From Octopus sinensis (lineage: Eukaryota): DNA of 64,000 nt. Shown in pieces: positions 49,825-62,544 of this stretch. A program made the position numbers and the translations under genes. The DNA lies in NCBI RefSeq assembly GCF_006345805.1, contig NC_043021.1, forward strand, positions 7,068,001-7,132,000. The letters are read 5' to 3'. The notes beneath the pieces were generated by a model. The model was given only the letters and a program-made list of their open reading frames with translations. It was not told where the DNA came from and made no database searches. The stretch's first letter is position 1. Each line of letters opens with the position of its first letter.

Positions 49825-50095
49825 CCCAAGCATGGCTGTAAGGTTAAGAAGCTAACTTTGCAACCATGTACTTTCAGGTTCAGTCCTACTGCATGGTATT
49901 TTGGGCAAGTGTCTTCTACTATAGCCCTAGGCTAACCAATTCCTTGTGGGTGAATTTGCTAGGTGGAAACTGTGTGGAAGCTTTATGTATGTTTTGTGTT
50001 TGTCCACTATCAGTTTACAACCAGTATTGGTTTGTTTACATCTCATACCTGAGCAGTTTGGCAAAATAAACCAATAAAATAAGTGTCAGATTTAA
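49825..50095 (+). mobile_element. Family B SINE, old
   Basis: gcatggctgtaaggttaagaagc...ggttcagtcctactgcatggtattttgggcaagtgtcttctactatagcc. Confidence 0.8.
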
Positions 50096-50339
50096 AAGAT
50101 TAGCATGAATCTCTCACTCCCAATATCTCGGTATTTCTCTTGAGTTACCAGGATGATTCTAGCAACCCAATAGAAACACTGCTTCTTCACTTTTGTGAAT
50201 CTCAAACATTTTTTTTAAAACCTAATTTGTGTTCTATAATTCTGGGTTTTTCTTAAATGACTCAACTCTGTTACATTTCATCTCAAAAAATCATCAAATA
50301 ATTTTAAATGTTGCTTGATTTTTGTCCTTCTGTTGGTCA

Positions 50340-50770
50340 TTCTGCCTTGTATTTTTCTCACCTGTGCAATGATCAGTTGCTATTAAATCTTGTTGCTTTT
50401 CTTCACTTAATCAAATCTACATTAAGAGACTAAATAGTTTCATGATAATGGCATTATTATTCAGTCCTCGGTCTCTCTATGGTCATAACAAGTGACCATT
50501 GTAAGAAACAGGCAAACATTTATCATTGACTATTCACTAATGATAAATCACTTCTGCTTTCTAGATGCTTATCATCTACTTGCTAACATTGAAGGTCTCC
50601 TAGATAAAATCTACAAACTGGATCTAAAAGCTGCATACCATTAGATTCCACTCCATAATGATGAATAGAGATAAACTGCGTTTTCAGTCGATAGATGCTT
50701 ATTCTAGTCTACAATGTTCCCCTTTGGAGTAATTAATGCCATAAGCTCTTTGAAAAGAGCTTATGGCTCT
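50340..50770 (+). mobile_element. Ty3/Gypsy LTR-retrotransposon reverse-transcriptase remnant
   Basis: VAIKSCCFSSLNQIYIK..GIIIQSSVSLWS*QVTIV..IDYS..N.F.FLDAY..NIEGLLDKI..KLDLKAAYH*IPL...TAF...MFPFGVINAISS matches the Gypsy RT N-terminal motifs (LDL.SAYHQIP, MPFG..NA). Confidence 0.85.
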
Positions 50771-50861
50771 TGAAATGACATAATTTCCAACAACTATATC
50801 AAAGGCGTTCATGCAGTGTTGATGGTGAAATTATTAAAGAGCAATTGAAACATATCGGTTT

Positions 50862-51065
50862 CAGTTTTTGGCACAAGGCCAGCAATTTCAGAGGAGGTGC
50901 TAAGTTGATTACATCAACCCTGTTGCTCAACTGGTACTTATTTTATCAACCCCTAAAGAATGAAAGGCACAGTTGACTCTGGTGGCATTAGGACACAACG
51001 TAAAACCAGATGAAACACTGCTAAGTATTTTGCCCAGCATGCTAACGATTCTACCAGTTCACCAC
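50862..51065 (-). mobile_element. Family A SINE
   Basis: tttttggcacaaggccagc...gctaacgattctaccagttcacc. Confidence 0.88.
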
Positions 51066-51429
51066 TTTTAGTAACTGAAATATAAGTTCTAAGAGCTAAG
51101 TTCTGAAAATTATTTGGAACTTGGTTCAGTGTATTTCAATTATCAAAGAACTTAACATTTCATTAAAACATGACAATTCTCTTCTCTACCAAACATCTAT
51201 TTGTTATCTAGGATAAGAAAATAGAAAACAGTTCTCTTCTCTTAAGTTTCGTACAGACAGTTTTATCTTTGTATAAGCTAAAGATCAATCTAGTTAAACT
51301 TAATTGATGCTAGTCAGCATTATGCTTTCTAAAATCAAAAAATCAAGATGGTTGGATTGACACAATCTAGATCGAAGAAAGTCTCATCAAGAAATCTGAG
51401 CTCCATAGGTAATCAATCAAACTCTGGTT

Positions 51430-51650
51430 TTGCTCAAGAGAGTCCAATTAGTGTTCGCTGTGATTTTGATTTGTTGAAAAATTTGACGCAAACGAGCTCT
51501 GATGAATGTTCTGTCAATGATAGCTGCAGTGACATGCTGAGAAGTCGCATTCAACAAGTATATTAGCTGAAGGAATCCAATATTGATCTGCTTATTGAAG
51601 AAGAAATCATGGCTCTATCTCTTTGAATTTCTTTGTCTCTCAAAAAGGGC
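51430..51650 (-). mobile_element. Possible hAT transposase C-terminal (dimerisation motif) remnant
   Basis: WIPSANILVECDFSA resembles IP.S...VER.FS; single transitions cgc>tgc and ggc>gac would restore VERGFSA. Confidence 0.3.
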
Positions 51651-51975
51651 CTTGAAAAGCACTGGAAAGACTAAATCTTTAATCCGGTAAAAGCTGCAGA
51701 AATCATTATTTACCACTTCCAGTCCTTGTACATTATAATGTACTTGTGGTTGTGGAAGACTGGAAGCCTGTCATTTGCAGTAAATATGGATATTTACAAT
51801 TATGCTCTGAATACTTAGGTAGAATGTTTTAGATGAATAAAATGGTTTTGATTCCTGGCAACTGTTTCTCATCGCAACAAATTTAAGTAAAACCATAACA
51901 AACTTAAAATAGTGCTAATGTAATTTATATGCATCTGCACTATATGCATGCATGCTTATATTTATCTATCTCTCT

Positions 51976-52063
<88 letters not shown>

Positions 52064-53039
52064 GCGTACATATGTATATGTGTGTGTGCGTGTGTGCACA
52101 TACATACTTGCATTTATGCATTTCTACACATAACACATTTATAATGCTTATACACACACATACATGCACATATAAGAAGTGTATGACTCTAACGTCATAC
52201 AGTTCTTATAAATACCAAAGCATTTAAAATGTTTCCATTAACCCAAACAGAAGTGGCAGCATGCCAAAGTCCCATAGGAAAAGCAGCTATTACTTCGCTT
52301 GAAGTTTTTAATGGAGAAGAAGTAGGAACTCTATATAAAGATTTTTTTTATATATAAACGACTGCTTTATGTACTTCAGTAAAATGGGTTTTTTTTTGTC
52401 TTTTGGCAGTCGTTGCAAATAGCCATTCATGCAGGGCAATACTAAGTTTTGTGGTAAATTTTATCTTACAAAAACAGTACTTTTTCTCTTTGTAAGAAAT
52501 TGGTAATGTATTTATTATTTTTTTTTTTTTTGGACAATGAAATGGCTACATGTGGAGACAAAGTGTAAGCTTCAGTATTTTTCCCAACTATCTCTGTAAA
52601 AGTGTCTTTGCTGGTGCTGCATAAAAGCACCCAGTACCCCTGGTAAAGTGGTTGGTATTAGGAAGGGCATTCAGTTGGCCAGCTTCTGTTAAACTGTCCA
52701 ACTCATGCTAGCATGGAAAATGGACATGAAGTGATGATAGTAGTAGCAGTAGTGGTAAAGAAGAAGAAGGATTTCTTCTGAAATACTGCACAAAATTTTT
52801 ATTGCTGATCATTTTAGTGTCTCCTCTGTGGTCTGTGTACACCCTACTTCCCTGCCATTATGGTGTCATTATATCTAGGACTATGTTAGAACTTTCTTAA
52901 GATGGCAGGGTGTCTCTTCAGTGAAATTTGGCTGCTATTTCTAACACATGGAGTTACCACATGGAGGCCCTCTCATTGGCTCTGACCATATCTGGTATTG
53001 GTATTGTTTTCTCTCATTCGACACAAAAGTTGCAGGTTA

Positions 53040-53210
53040 GAGAGGCTTTGTGGCAGGTCCTGCACCAGGTGGCTTGAACGGGATTAACGAATATTTCTAG
53101 AGGCTCAGTGTCACCTTGGAGGATGCAGAGGGGATGGCACAGGACTGTCGACATTGGAGAGCACTGTTGGACCTGGTCAGCTCTACACATGATGACATCT
53201 CTGAGACCAC
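53040..53210 (+). mobile_element. Old RTE-type LINE 3' end
   Basis: GRSCTRWL/NGINEYF*RLSVTLEDAEGMAQDCRHWRALLDLV (GRP..RW...AQDR..WR.L-like). Confidence 0.65.
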
Positions 53211-54049
53211 TAACCTGGGATAACCCTAGCCCCACCAAGCAAGCAGCTGTTAACGTTAATGCTGGGTTTGGTATTTTCATTAGCTTAGATTTTTTCTTTT
53301 TGTTTACTTAGACAAAAATACAGACTCAGCTTATTTTCCTTATCCATTCTGCATTAGTAATTAAGTACCTTTCATCAGTTATTTATGCTTTACAATGAGG
53401 GAGACTATGTGCAGCTCTGTTTCAAACAGGAAAGCTGAAGCAATGTCATTGGCTGAGAGAAACACACGTTTATCTACCACTGCATTCCATAAATGATTGA
53501 TTGCTTGTATGCCTAATTTATATAAAAAAAAGGAAAAATTCATTATTACAAGACTAATTGATTTTGGTCACAAGATTAATTTTTGTAGTGAGGGAAGTGT
53601 TTAGTTGGTTGGCTGTGTTTGTGTTTGTGTGTGTAATGGTACTTGTTTTATCACCTTTGAAAGGTGATGACTATTAATTAGGCTTTGAAATTCCTTACAC
53701 TTTTAATTACATTAACTAGCTATTTTAATGTCTCATTTATTGATATTCATGAGTATGATGGCAGTTAATCTGGTCACAGTAGGCATGGATTAAGATTAAA
53801 GATTATGTCGCTAGTTACTCTGGCCGCAGTGGACATGGATATCGATTTAGATTTTATGTTTGTGTTAACCCATGTTTATCAAGAGCATTCTGAGTTCAAA
53901 TCCTAGCAAAGTCAACAAAGAAACATTAGCTGAATAAAGAATCAATGCGAAAAGAAGAGTTAGATGTGTTTTGTTTTTTTTTCGTTTTTGTAATATGGCA
54001 GTTATTTATATAATGTAATTTTGTGCATGTACAAGCATGCGTGCATGTG

Positions 54050-54104
<55 letters not shown>

Positions 54105-55814
54105 CATGTGTATCATATTCACGAGGTGACTGCAACTGCATAGTATCTCATTGTCTGAGACAGAAGGTGAGGAAGCAAGATGATAGGAGGGATATGGGGA
54201 AGGGGCAGGTTGTGCCCTTACAGATCTGCACATGATCAGAGGGCGAGGGGTTGTACCCTCCTGTATCCTCATGTGCATGTGCTGGAGCACAGTACTTAGG
54301 CATCTGTCTATTCAAGCATATGTTGTCAGTTTTGTGCATGTGCTCTTGTGTATACATGCATTTACAAGCACCTTAGTACATGTATATATTGTTGCATGAG
54401 TATATATATATATATATATATAACTGTACCAATAAGTATATACACGTAGATCATTAACATACACAATTATATATTATTTCTGCATTTTCACTTCCACTTA
54501 AGAAAGCATGTATGCACACATATACTGATTTTAGTGTTGTGCAGTAAAAGAGCAACATCCAAAAATAAACAGTTCTCTATAAGGTGTGAAATTCACTGCA
54601 TCTGTTTATATAATTAGATGATGGGATTTCCTGTCAAAGACAACGTATGAGTGTTCAGCTTTAGCTGAATGAGCTGCACAAATGATTTGTTTATAGTGAT
54701 GAAATGTATGTGCTGTACATTAGCTCACTTTCTCCATTAAATCGACATTACCTGTACAGGTGCACGGTGTACCACATGTTGGGTGTCAAAGTGATCATAG
54801 AGCAACATGAGATGAAGTGATTTACTCAAAAACGCAAGCACCACCTGGTCTAGGAATTAAAACCATGATCTCGTGATTGTGAATGTAACACTCTAAAGCT
54901 AGGGCATACACCTTAATTACTAGGCCATACACCCTAATAAATAATCATTGTATTATTAATTAAAATTCATGTTAATTAAACTAAGCTAAACAAACAGCAC
55001 CAATTATAGCAGTCTGTTCATCAAAGTCAATATATCAGGATATTGTCCTTATCCCGCTGTCAGGTATGAGGGAAAGAACTCAGTCAGGTGTTATGAATTG
55101 TAAAATAAAGTTTTAAGAAAAAAAAAAAAGAAAAAAGGGTTGCTTCACCCTTTCTATTGCAACACACCTGAGGTTACCCAGCAACTGGTTATATGATATA
55201 ATGTCTCTTATTTTAAATTATTCATATTTGAAATTAAAACTTATATAATTTTGTTACGGTCATTTATGCTAACTCATGAATCAAACATCTGATCAATCTG
55301 ATGTTTTTATGTTACTAAATCTCTCCAAATTCTTGATTTAGTTTTGGAAAATAAACATATTGATGGCGTTTTTGATTAGAAATATAGTCACAAAATGGTT
55401 GAAGATTTTTCTTCAGCTCTAGATCTTTGCATAGTTATCTCCTCTGTTTTTTTTTCCTTCTTGTTATATAAATCCCTGTATTTTGTGAACAACAGCATCA
55501 TTTGGTTGCAGGTTTCCATAAGACTAATCGCTGGTTTATTGCACTTCCAATGACAAGAAGGTGTATGAGAAATGCAAGCAGAATAAATTGCACGAAATGG
55601 CTTTTTGATCGAATGATTTGCTCTATTGGTTTTTCTCATTAATGTATATCAGTGCACACAGGTGAAAAACATACACACATGGAGAGAGAGAGAGAGAGAG
55701 AGAATTAATGGCTTTAGGTTGGTTTCAACAGTGAATATTCCATGGTTCAGTCAACTGAACCACCTACTCAAGGAGCATATACATGGCTGAGTATTCCTGT
55801 TGCATGTAATCTTT

Positions 55815-56150
55815 TAATATTTTACTTGTTTCAATCATTAGACTGTGGCCATACTGGGGCACCGCCTTGGGGAATTTTAATCAAATTGACTAATCCCAGT
55901 ACTTATTTTCTTTTTAAGCCTGGTACTTATTCTATCGGTCTCTTTTGCTGAATCCCTAAGTTATGAGGACATAAACACACCAATACCAATCAGTGGTGGG
56001 TGATGCCCACACACACACGACAGGCTTCTTTTAGTTTCCATTTACCAAATCCACTCATGAGGCTTTGGCTGGCCTGAAGCTATAGTAGAAGACATTTGCT
56101 CATGGTGCCATGCAGTGAGACTGAACCTGGGACCATGTGGTTGAGAGTTC
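55815..56150 (-). mobile_element. Family B SINE
   Basis: Collinear with 24345 and 30784 copies. Confidence 0.9.
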
Positions 56151-56253
56151 TTAATGCAATTCCCAGGCAGAATCAGTGAGTAAGGAGACTGGACTTTAGA
56201 TTATTAGTTTGTTCCATCTCCTGGCCTTCCACACAGTTTCTCTCTATTATACA

Positions 56254-57181
56254 GTAACTGGATGGTTGATTGGTACAGCATATCAGATGGTGTGTGTAGG
56301 TAAAGAGACGGATGGATGAATACTGAGTTCATACGAAATGTGTTGAAGGGAAGGATGGATGTTGGGTTCACCATATCAGGTGCATGTGTGTATATGTGTG
56401 TGAGTGTAAATCAAAGCTAGCAGAAACGCTAGCATGCCGGGCGAAATGTGTAGCCATATTTCGTCTGTCGTTACATTCTGAGTTCAAATTCCGCCAAGGT
56501 CGACTTTGCCTTTAATCCTTTCGGGGTCGATAAATTAAGTACCAGTTACACACTGGGGTCGATGTAATCGGCTTAATCTGTTTGTCCTTGTTTGTCCCCT
56601 CTGTGTTTAGCCCCTTGTGGGTAGTAAAGAAATTAATATTTTACATAAATAAAGCTCTCACTCTGAAGACATGAGATCAACCCTAAGATGCAGAAGACAT
56701 TTGCTCAAGATGTCACACTGTTGGATTAAACTTGGTTTCTTCTGATTGTGAAGTCAACTAGATATAGCCAAACTTACAACTATACACCCATATTTACTAC
56801 ATACTGTCTGTCTGTCTGCCTGCCTGCTGCTTGAATAGGATGTTTACAGTTGTTGTATTTGGATAGGACTTGCTGAGAACATCTGACACCTCCACTTGCC
56901 AGCTGCTCAGATCAAATTATACTTCAAATTCATTTATTTACCCCTGTAATTTCTTTCTTTAAATTTTGTTTTGCTTGTTTTTGATGGGGAGTAGGAGTAG
57001 TAGGATGGGGAAGAGAGAGCTTTATTTTTGTAAAATATTGCTTTGATTTACTCACACACACACATACACACACCTGATATGGTGAACCTAACATCCATCT
57101 TTCCCTTCTACACATTTCGTATGAACCCAGTATCCATCCATCCACCTACACACATGCTGTACTAATCAACCAACCAGTTAC
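56254..57181. repeat. Local inverted duplication (arm 1 56254-56417 + 56635-56659; arm 2 57015-57181)
   Basis: gtaactggatggttgattggtacagc...tcatacgaaatgtg.tgaaggga..gatggatgtt.ggttcaccatatcaggtg...gtaaatcaaagc matches the reverse complement of arm 2; arm 1 is split by a SINE. Confidence 0.92.
56418..56634 (+). mobile_element. Young family A SINE (long-tail) inserted in inverted-repeat arm
   Basis: tagcagaaacgctagcatgccgggcg...ccccttgtgggtagtaaagaaa. Confidence 0.93.
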
Positions 57182-57294
57182 ACATCTGCCATAGTGTACC
57201 AGCATCTATCCATCCACAAATGAATTGTATAAAAAAAAATTACAGTTCTCTCAGAGACAAAGATTTTCATTAAAGGAGAATTAAAAATTTTATA

Positions 57295-57640
57295 TCTTTT
57301 ACTTGTTTCAGTCATTAGACTGTGGCCATGCTGGGGCACTGCCTTGAAGAATTTTAATCAAAATCATCAACCCCAGTACTTAATAATTTTTGTAAAGCCT
57401 AATACCTATTTTATCGGTCTCTTTTGCCAAACTACTAATGTAAACACACCAACATCAGTTGGACAAACACACATATCTATGATGGGCTTCTTTCAGTTTC
57501 CATCTACCAAATCCACTCACAAGGCTTTAGCCAACCTGAGGCTGTAGTAAAAGACACTTGCCCATGGTGCCAGTCAGTGGGACTGAAACCAGAACCATGT
57601 AGTTATGAAGCAAGCTTCTTACCACACAGTCACATCTGTA
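57295..57640 (-). mobile_element. Family B SINE
   Basis: ttttacttgtttcagtcattagactgtggcc...cttaccacacagtcac. Confidence 0.9.
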
Positions 57641-58093
57641 CCTATTATTCATTAAAATTAAAATTTCATTAACCAAAACCACCTCTGTATTTTATATGTA
57701 TGATACTGAAGAGAGGAAATATTGTGTGTTCCATGCGATATGTTTATGAATTATTTTTGTCAGTATATGGTCCTGTTTTTTTTTTCCAGTTGTTTGAATA
57801 ATCAGTGATATTAAATTCAGTTACAATCTTTAATATTGTGTGTGCATGCTTATGTGCATCTGTGTAGATATATATGCAACTTCCTGTTACCCATATCTCA
57901 GTAAACTAATTTGGAAGAGTTCACACTAGACATTAACCATATTAATTAAAATCTCAATTGTCTTTGCCTTCCATCCACTTGAGGCTAATTGTGTGTTTAT
58001 TTGTATACAGCTTTGTTTTTATTGTAGTACAAATGTATAAAAAAAGTACTTAGTACACTCATGTTAGATGTGTATAGAATCTGATATGCTTGT

Positions 58094-58132
<39 letters not shown>

Positions 58133-58583
58133 AACCTAATTACATATCCGGACTATGGTTTCATTTAATTGGTCTTCTGCTCTATGTTATTGAACAGAGG
58201 GTGTTAAATTTAACTTTAAGCCATTTAACCATCATCATATTTTCCTCCATTCATTAATGTGTTTTGGTCAACCTAAAGTCCAACTGAATGAAACATAAGA
58301 TCCACATACATGATCATGCTTACTTTACATATGACAAACATATACATCCTCATGCCCTGCATCATGTAGAAGTATTTTTTATAGAAAGTTTGTTTTTTTA
58401 GTATGGTTATATGTGTGTTCTGTGGTGGGGGTAGTAATTGTGTTGTAATAATTTTTTTTTTTGTGTAGTACTGTTTGAATAACTGCTTTTTTTTTTTTTT
58501 TAAATACAGGAAAATATTTTATCTCAATTTATCTGTATGTATTATTCTGTGTGTACTTACTCTCGTTTTATTTCATTTTCTAG

Positions 58584-58687
58584 GCCCGGATAGCATTTTT
58601 ACAAGGGGAACGAAAAGGTCAAGAAAATTTGAAACAAGACTTAGTACGAAGAATAAAAATGTTAGAATTTGCATTGAAGTCAGAAAG
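58584..58687 (+). CDS. STRN3: Striatin-family (STRN/STRN3/Cka) internal coding exon, homologous to exon 2 (coiled-coil region)
   Basis: Acceptor ttttatttcattttctAG|GCC and donor GAAAG|GTAAGA. The 104-bp phase 0-to-2 exon reads ARIAFLQGERKGQENLKQDLVRRIKMLEFALKSE(R), nearly identical to the recalled striatin motif ARIAFLQGERKGQENLKKDLVRRIKMLEYALKQER. The symbol is a nearest-family label; paralog assignment is not determinable here. Confidence 0.96.
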
Positions 58688-58772
58688 GTAAGAAAACCTT
58701 TTGTGTTTTTTCTTTTATTAATTAGCAGCACTCAATGTTTGATTGTTGATAGCAAGTTCTACGAGAACATGG

Positions 58773-59109
58773 AGACCCCCTTTCGGTCATGAACGACCAT
58801 GGGATTGCACCTAGAAAGTTACCCTCTGAGGCACAAGTCTGGACAAGGTTGTTTGTGGAATGCCAGCAGTCGGCCATGCATACCAGCCTCCCCTCTGGAC
58901 ACCACTGATGTTATCCAAGGGAAAGGCAAAGGGGCCGATACAGCTTGGCACCAGTGATGTCACAACTCATTTCTACAGCTGAGTGAACTGGAGCAATGTG
59001 AAATAAAGTGTCTTGCTCAAAAACACAACACATAGCCCGATCCGGGAATTGAACTCACAGCCTCACGATCGTAAGCTCGGTGCTCTAACCACTGAGCCAT
59101 GCACCTTCA
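58773..59109 (-). mobile_element. Family D tRNA-derived SINE with TSD
   Basis: Head gtgaaggtgcatggctcagtggttagagc...gagttcaattcccgg. TSD ctacgagaacatgg / ctatgagaacatag. Confidence 0.92.
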
Positions 59110-59431
59110 CTATGAGAACATAGTTTCATTGATAAGGAACAATTTCATTTAGTTACTGTTGTTACTAAGTAATGGTTACAGTTGTTGCTAAGGGATAATT
59201 AAAACAGGTGCTTAAATACACTGGTTTATTTTATGGATAGCAAATGAGTAATGGTGACAGTAATGTTACCTACTTTGTTACACTCATCAAGGTATGGTAG
59301 CTGTGTTTAACATTTTTAGTGTAAGGATACACATTTTTTTTATTTGAGTTCTGCCAGCTATAAAATCCTTCTTGTTAACAAATATTTCCACAGTACAGAA
59401 ATATAACAATGCTCATCTATTAAAAGAGTAA

Positions 59432-59765
59432 AGACCCCCTTTGGTAATGAGTGACCATGGGATTGAACCTAGAAAGTTCCCCTCTGAGGCACAAGTCGAG
59501 GCAAGGTTGTTTATAGAAGACCAGCAGTCACTCATGCATACCAGCCTCCCCTCTCCATACCACCCATGTTATCAAGGGAAAGTAAAGGTCAATACAGCTT
59601 GGCACCAGAGACGTCGCAAATCATTTCTACAAATGAGTGAACTGGAGCAACATAAAATAAAGTGTCTTGCTCAAGAACACAACACGCAGTCTGGTCCAGG
59701 ATTCGAACTCACAACCTCATGATTGTGAACCCGGCACTCTAATCAGTGGAGCCATGTTACTTTCA
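59432..59765 (-). mobile_element. Family D tRNA-derived SINE
   Basis: Collinear with 58773-59109. Confidence 0.9.
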
Positions 59766-59794
59766 CAATTATCTATTAACCTCTACAGTAATAG

Positions 59795-60232
59795 TGGTTT
59801 CAAATTTTGGCACAAGGCCAGCAATTTCAGGGGAGGGATAAGTTGATTACATTGATCACAGTGCCTCAACTGGTACTTATTTTAATGACCTTCACTGGCT
59901 GAAAGGCAAAGTCAAACTTGGCGGAATTTGAACTTGGAACACAAAGGTGGATGAAATGCCACCAAACATTGTGCTTGCAAATGGTTCTGCCAGTTTGCTG
60001 CCATACTTTGCATCTATATTTTTTTCCAAATTTTGACATAAGGCCAGCAGTTTTGTGGAAGGGGTTAAGTCAATTACATCGACCCAGTACTCAACTGGTG
60101 CTTATTTTATCAACCCTGAAAGGATGAAATGCAAAGTTGGCCTCAGCAGAATTTGAACTCAACGTTAAAGACAGACAAAATGCTGCAAAACATTTTTGCC
60201 TGGCATGCTAACGATTCTGCCGGCTCATTACC
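59795..60232 (-). mobile_element. Two tandem family A SINEs (~59795-60003, 60027-60232)
   Basis: Two co-oriented bodies about 25 bp apart. Confidence 0.88.
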
Positions 60233-60501
60233 TTACCCTCAACAGTAATAATGACGATAACAATGGTGATGTCAAACAGTTTGCAGTGTGGCAATGGTGG
60301 TAGTGGTGCTGTCTTCATGATGCAGGTTCAATTCTTATTTGACCCATCTCTCCAGTAATTTCACAAGGGCTATGCTCAGAGTGTTTCTGCTGAAGCATTG
60401 ACTACATTGACAATTTCAGTGACTGAAATAAATAATTTAAAAGCAAGATTATATTGTATGGTATGGCCTTTTTAATCCATTAGGATATATAAACATGCAT
60501 G

Positions 60502-60546
<45 letters not shown>

Positions 60547-62544
60547 TCATGTTTGTGCACACATGACAAACTTTGCACAGTTTCCTTCTATCAAATTTCA
60601 CCTTACAAGGTATTGCACAGTGCAGTGGTACCTGGGGCTGAGTGAACTTCTTAAACTCACAGTTTAAAAAGAATTCTTTTTTTTTTAAGTTTTATTTTTC
60701 TTTCTTTCTATTCCATTTCTCCACTCTAAGACAAACATACCTGGTGGGTGTGTGACTGTACCAACTAGATATTTAGCTCTTTTTCTTTTTTTTTTTTTTT
60801 TGTCCTTTATATAAAAATCTCTTCACTATTGGCTATTTTCTTTCTTAATGGCTTTGCACATCTATCATAACCAGAACCTACAGTGGTGCCAATAGTTTGC
60901 TATTTTAAGGAGCAATCTCTCACTCACCCTACTTTGCTTCTACTTTTTACTTTCTTGTCAAAATATCAGAAAGGGGCTACAAAGAAGTTCAGCCCTACTG
61001 CCTCTCTATGATGAAACTCTCCTTGCCCTTCCTCTCAGTCTCTCTGTCTTTCTCTCTCTCTCTATCTCTCATACCCCACCCCCTCCTCCTCACTGACATG
61101 GTGACGCTGTGGCATGCTCTATTTGATTTGTGCTTGCAACAACTTATTTATTATATCCATATTTAGAAAAGGTACAAATACTCTTAGAGATAAGAGATTA
61201 GAGATAGAGTGACTAGCAGGACCCCTCCCCTGTACACACTCCTCTGTTTATATATTAAATATTCCTTGCATATTCTAAGTCACACTGATGAACTTCACTC
61301 CCTTCTGTTTCTCCCCCCCCCCCGCCCATCTTGCTTCATCCTCCACCCTTTCATTTTTTTTTTTAAACAGCTCAGTAACTAATCTCTTTTGTACAACAAC
61401 AGTAAAAAAAAAAAAAAAGAATTAAAGAATTATTTTTAGGGTTTATTTTTATCCTTGATGAATTTGCCCCAATTAGTCTGTCCTTGCAATATCTCCTCAT
61501 CTATCACATCAACCCTGTGGCAATAAAAGAAATAATTACTATTATTATTTTGGCAGGGATTAGAAAAAAATCTCCCCTTCCTATCAGGACAAGTGTATGT
61601 GTATGTGTGTGTGTGTGTGTGTGTGTGTTTCTCTAGCTCTCACCCCCCACCCCAACTTTATCTCCCTCCCTTTCACATCCTAGTTGAGTTACCGGCAACT
61701 CATTGGTGGGCATGACATCAAGTGTTAAAGGTTATGGATTTATTTTAGGGGTCTGTAGGCAGTGAAATGTAACTCTATTGGGAGTTTAACTGGACTCTGT
61801 ATCACTCTACTTCCCCCCTCTCTCTTTTTCACCCCTAATCTTTATAACTTGTTATTAGGTCCCCTACCTCATCCCATATAATTGTTGACATTTATAGCAA
61901 AGGCAGCCCCTGAGCCCCATCACACCATTTACCCCTTGTTTCTTTCAATCTCCTCTTCTTTCTATTTCTACCCTTTACATGTCATTCGGCTCTCCGTCCC
62001 CCACCTCTCCCACCTCTCCATTATATGTATATATGTTAAAGCCTGTGAATTTGTTTTTGGTCTTCAGGCAAATCTCATGAGTGGTACTTCACACTCAGCC
62101 TCAGCTTTATAATTCAGTCAGCTAAGAGCCGTGTATGAGGAAACTTGAGTGTTGATTTCAGCAGAATCTTTTAAATTGTTTATATTCTTCTTCAAATATT
62201 GAGTATGTAACTTTTCTCCTGTTTGTTAACATATGTGTGTGCACATACTACTTACCTGAAGATTGGAGTGATGAAATTCAGTTATCGAATTTATTTATTG
62301 AAGCTGAAACTTCATATTTTATAACTCTGAGTTTCATGTCTTTGATCATCAGATATCCTACCTTCAGCAGAAGGGCATATAAGATAATATAGTCCTGTAT
62401 AGCTCTAAATAACAATGCTTCTAACTATAACACATGCAATGATGCGTAAGCACATGCATAGCTGCTTCGTTAAGAAGTTGACATAGTAACCATGTGGTTC
62501 AGGGATAAGCATTATTCAGCAGATGACTTACTAAAATGATACTT

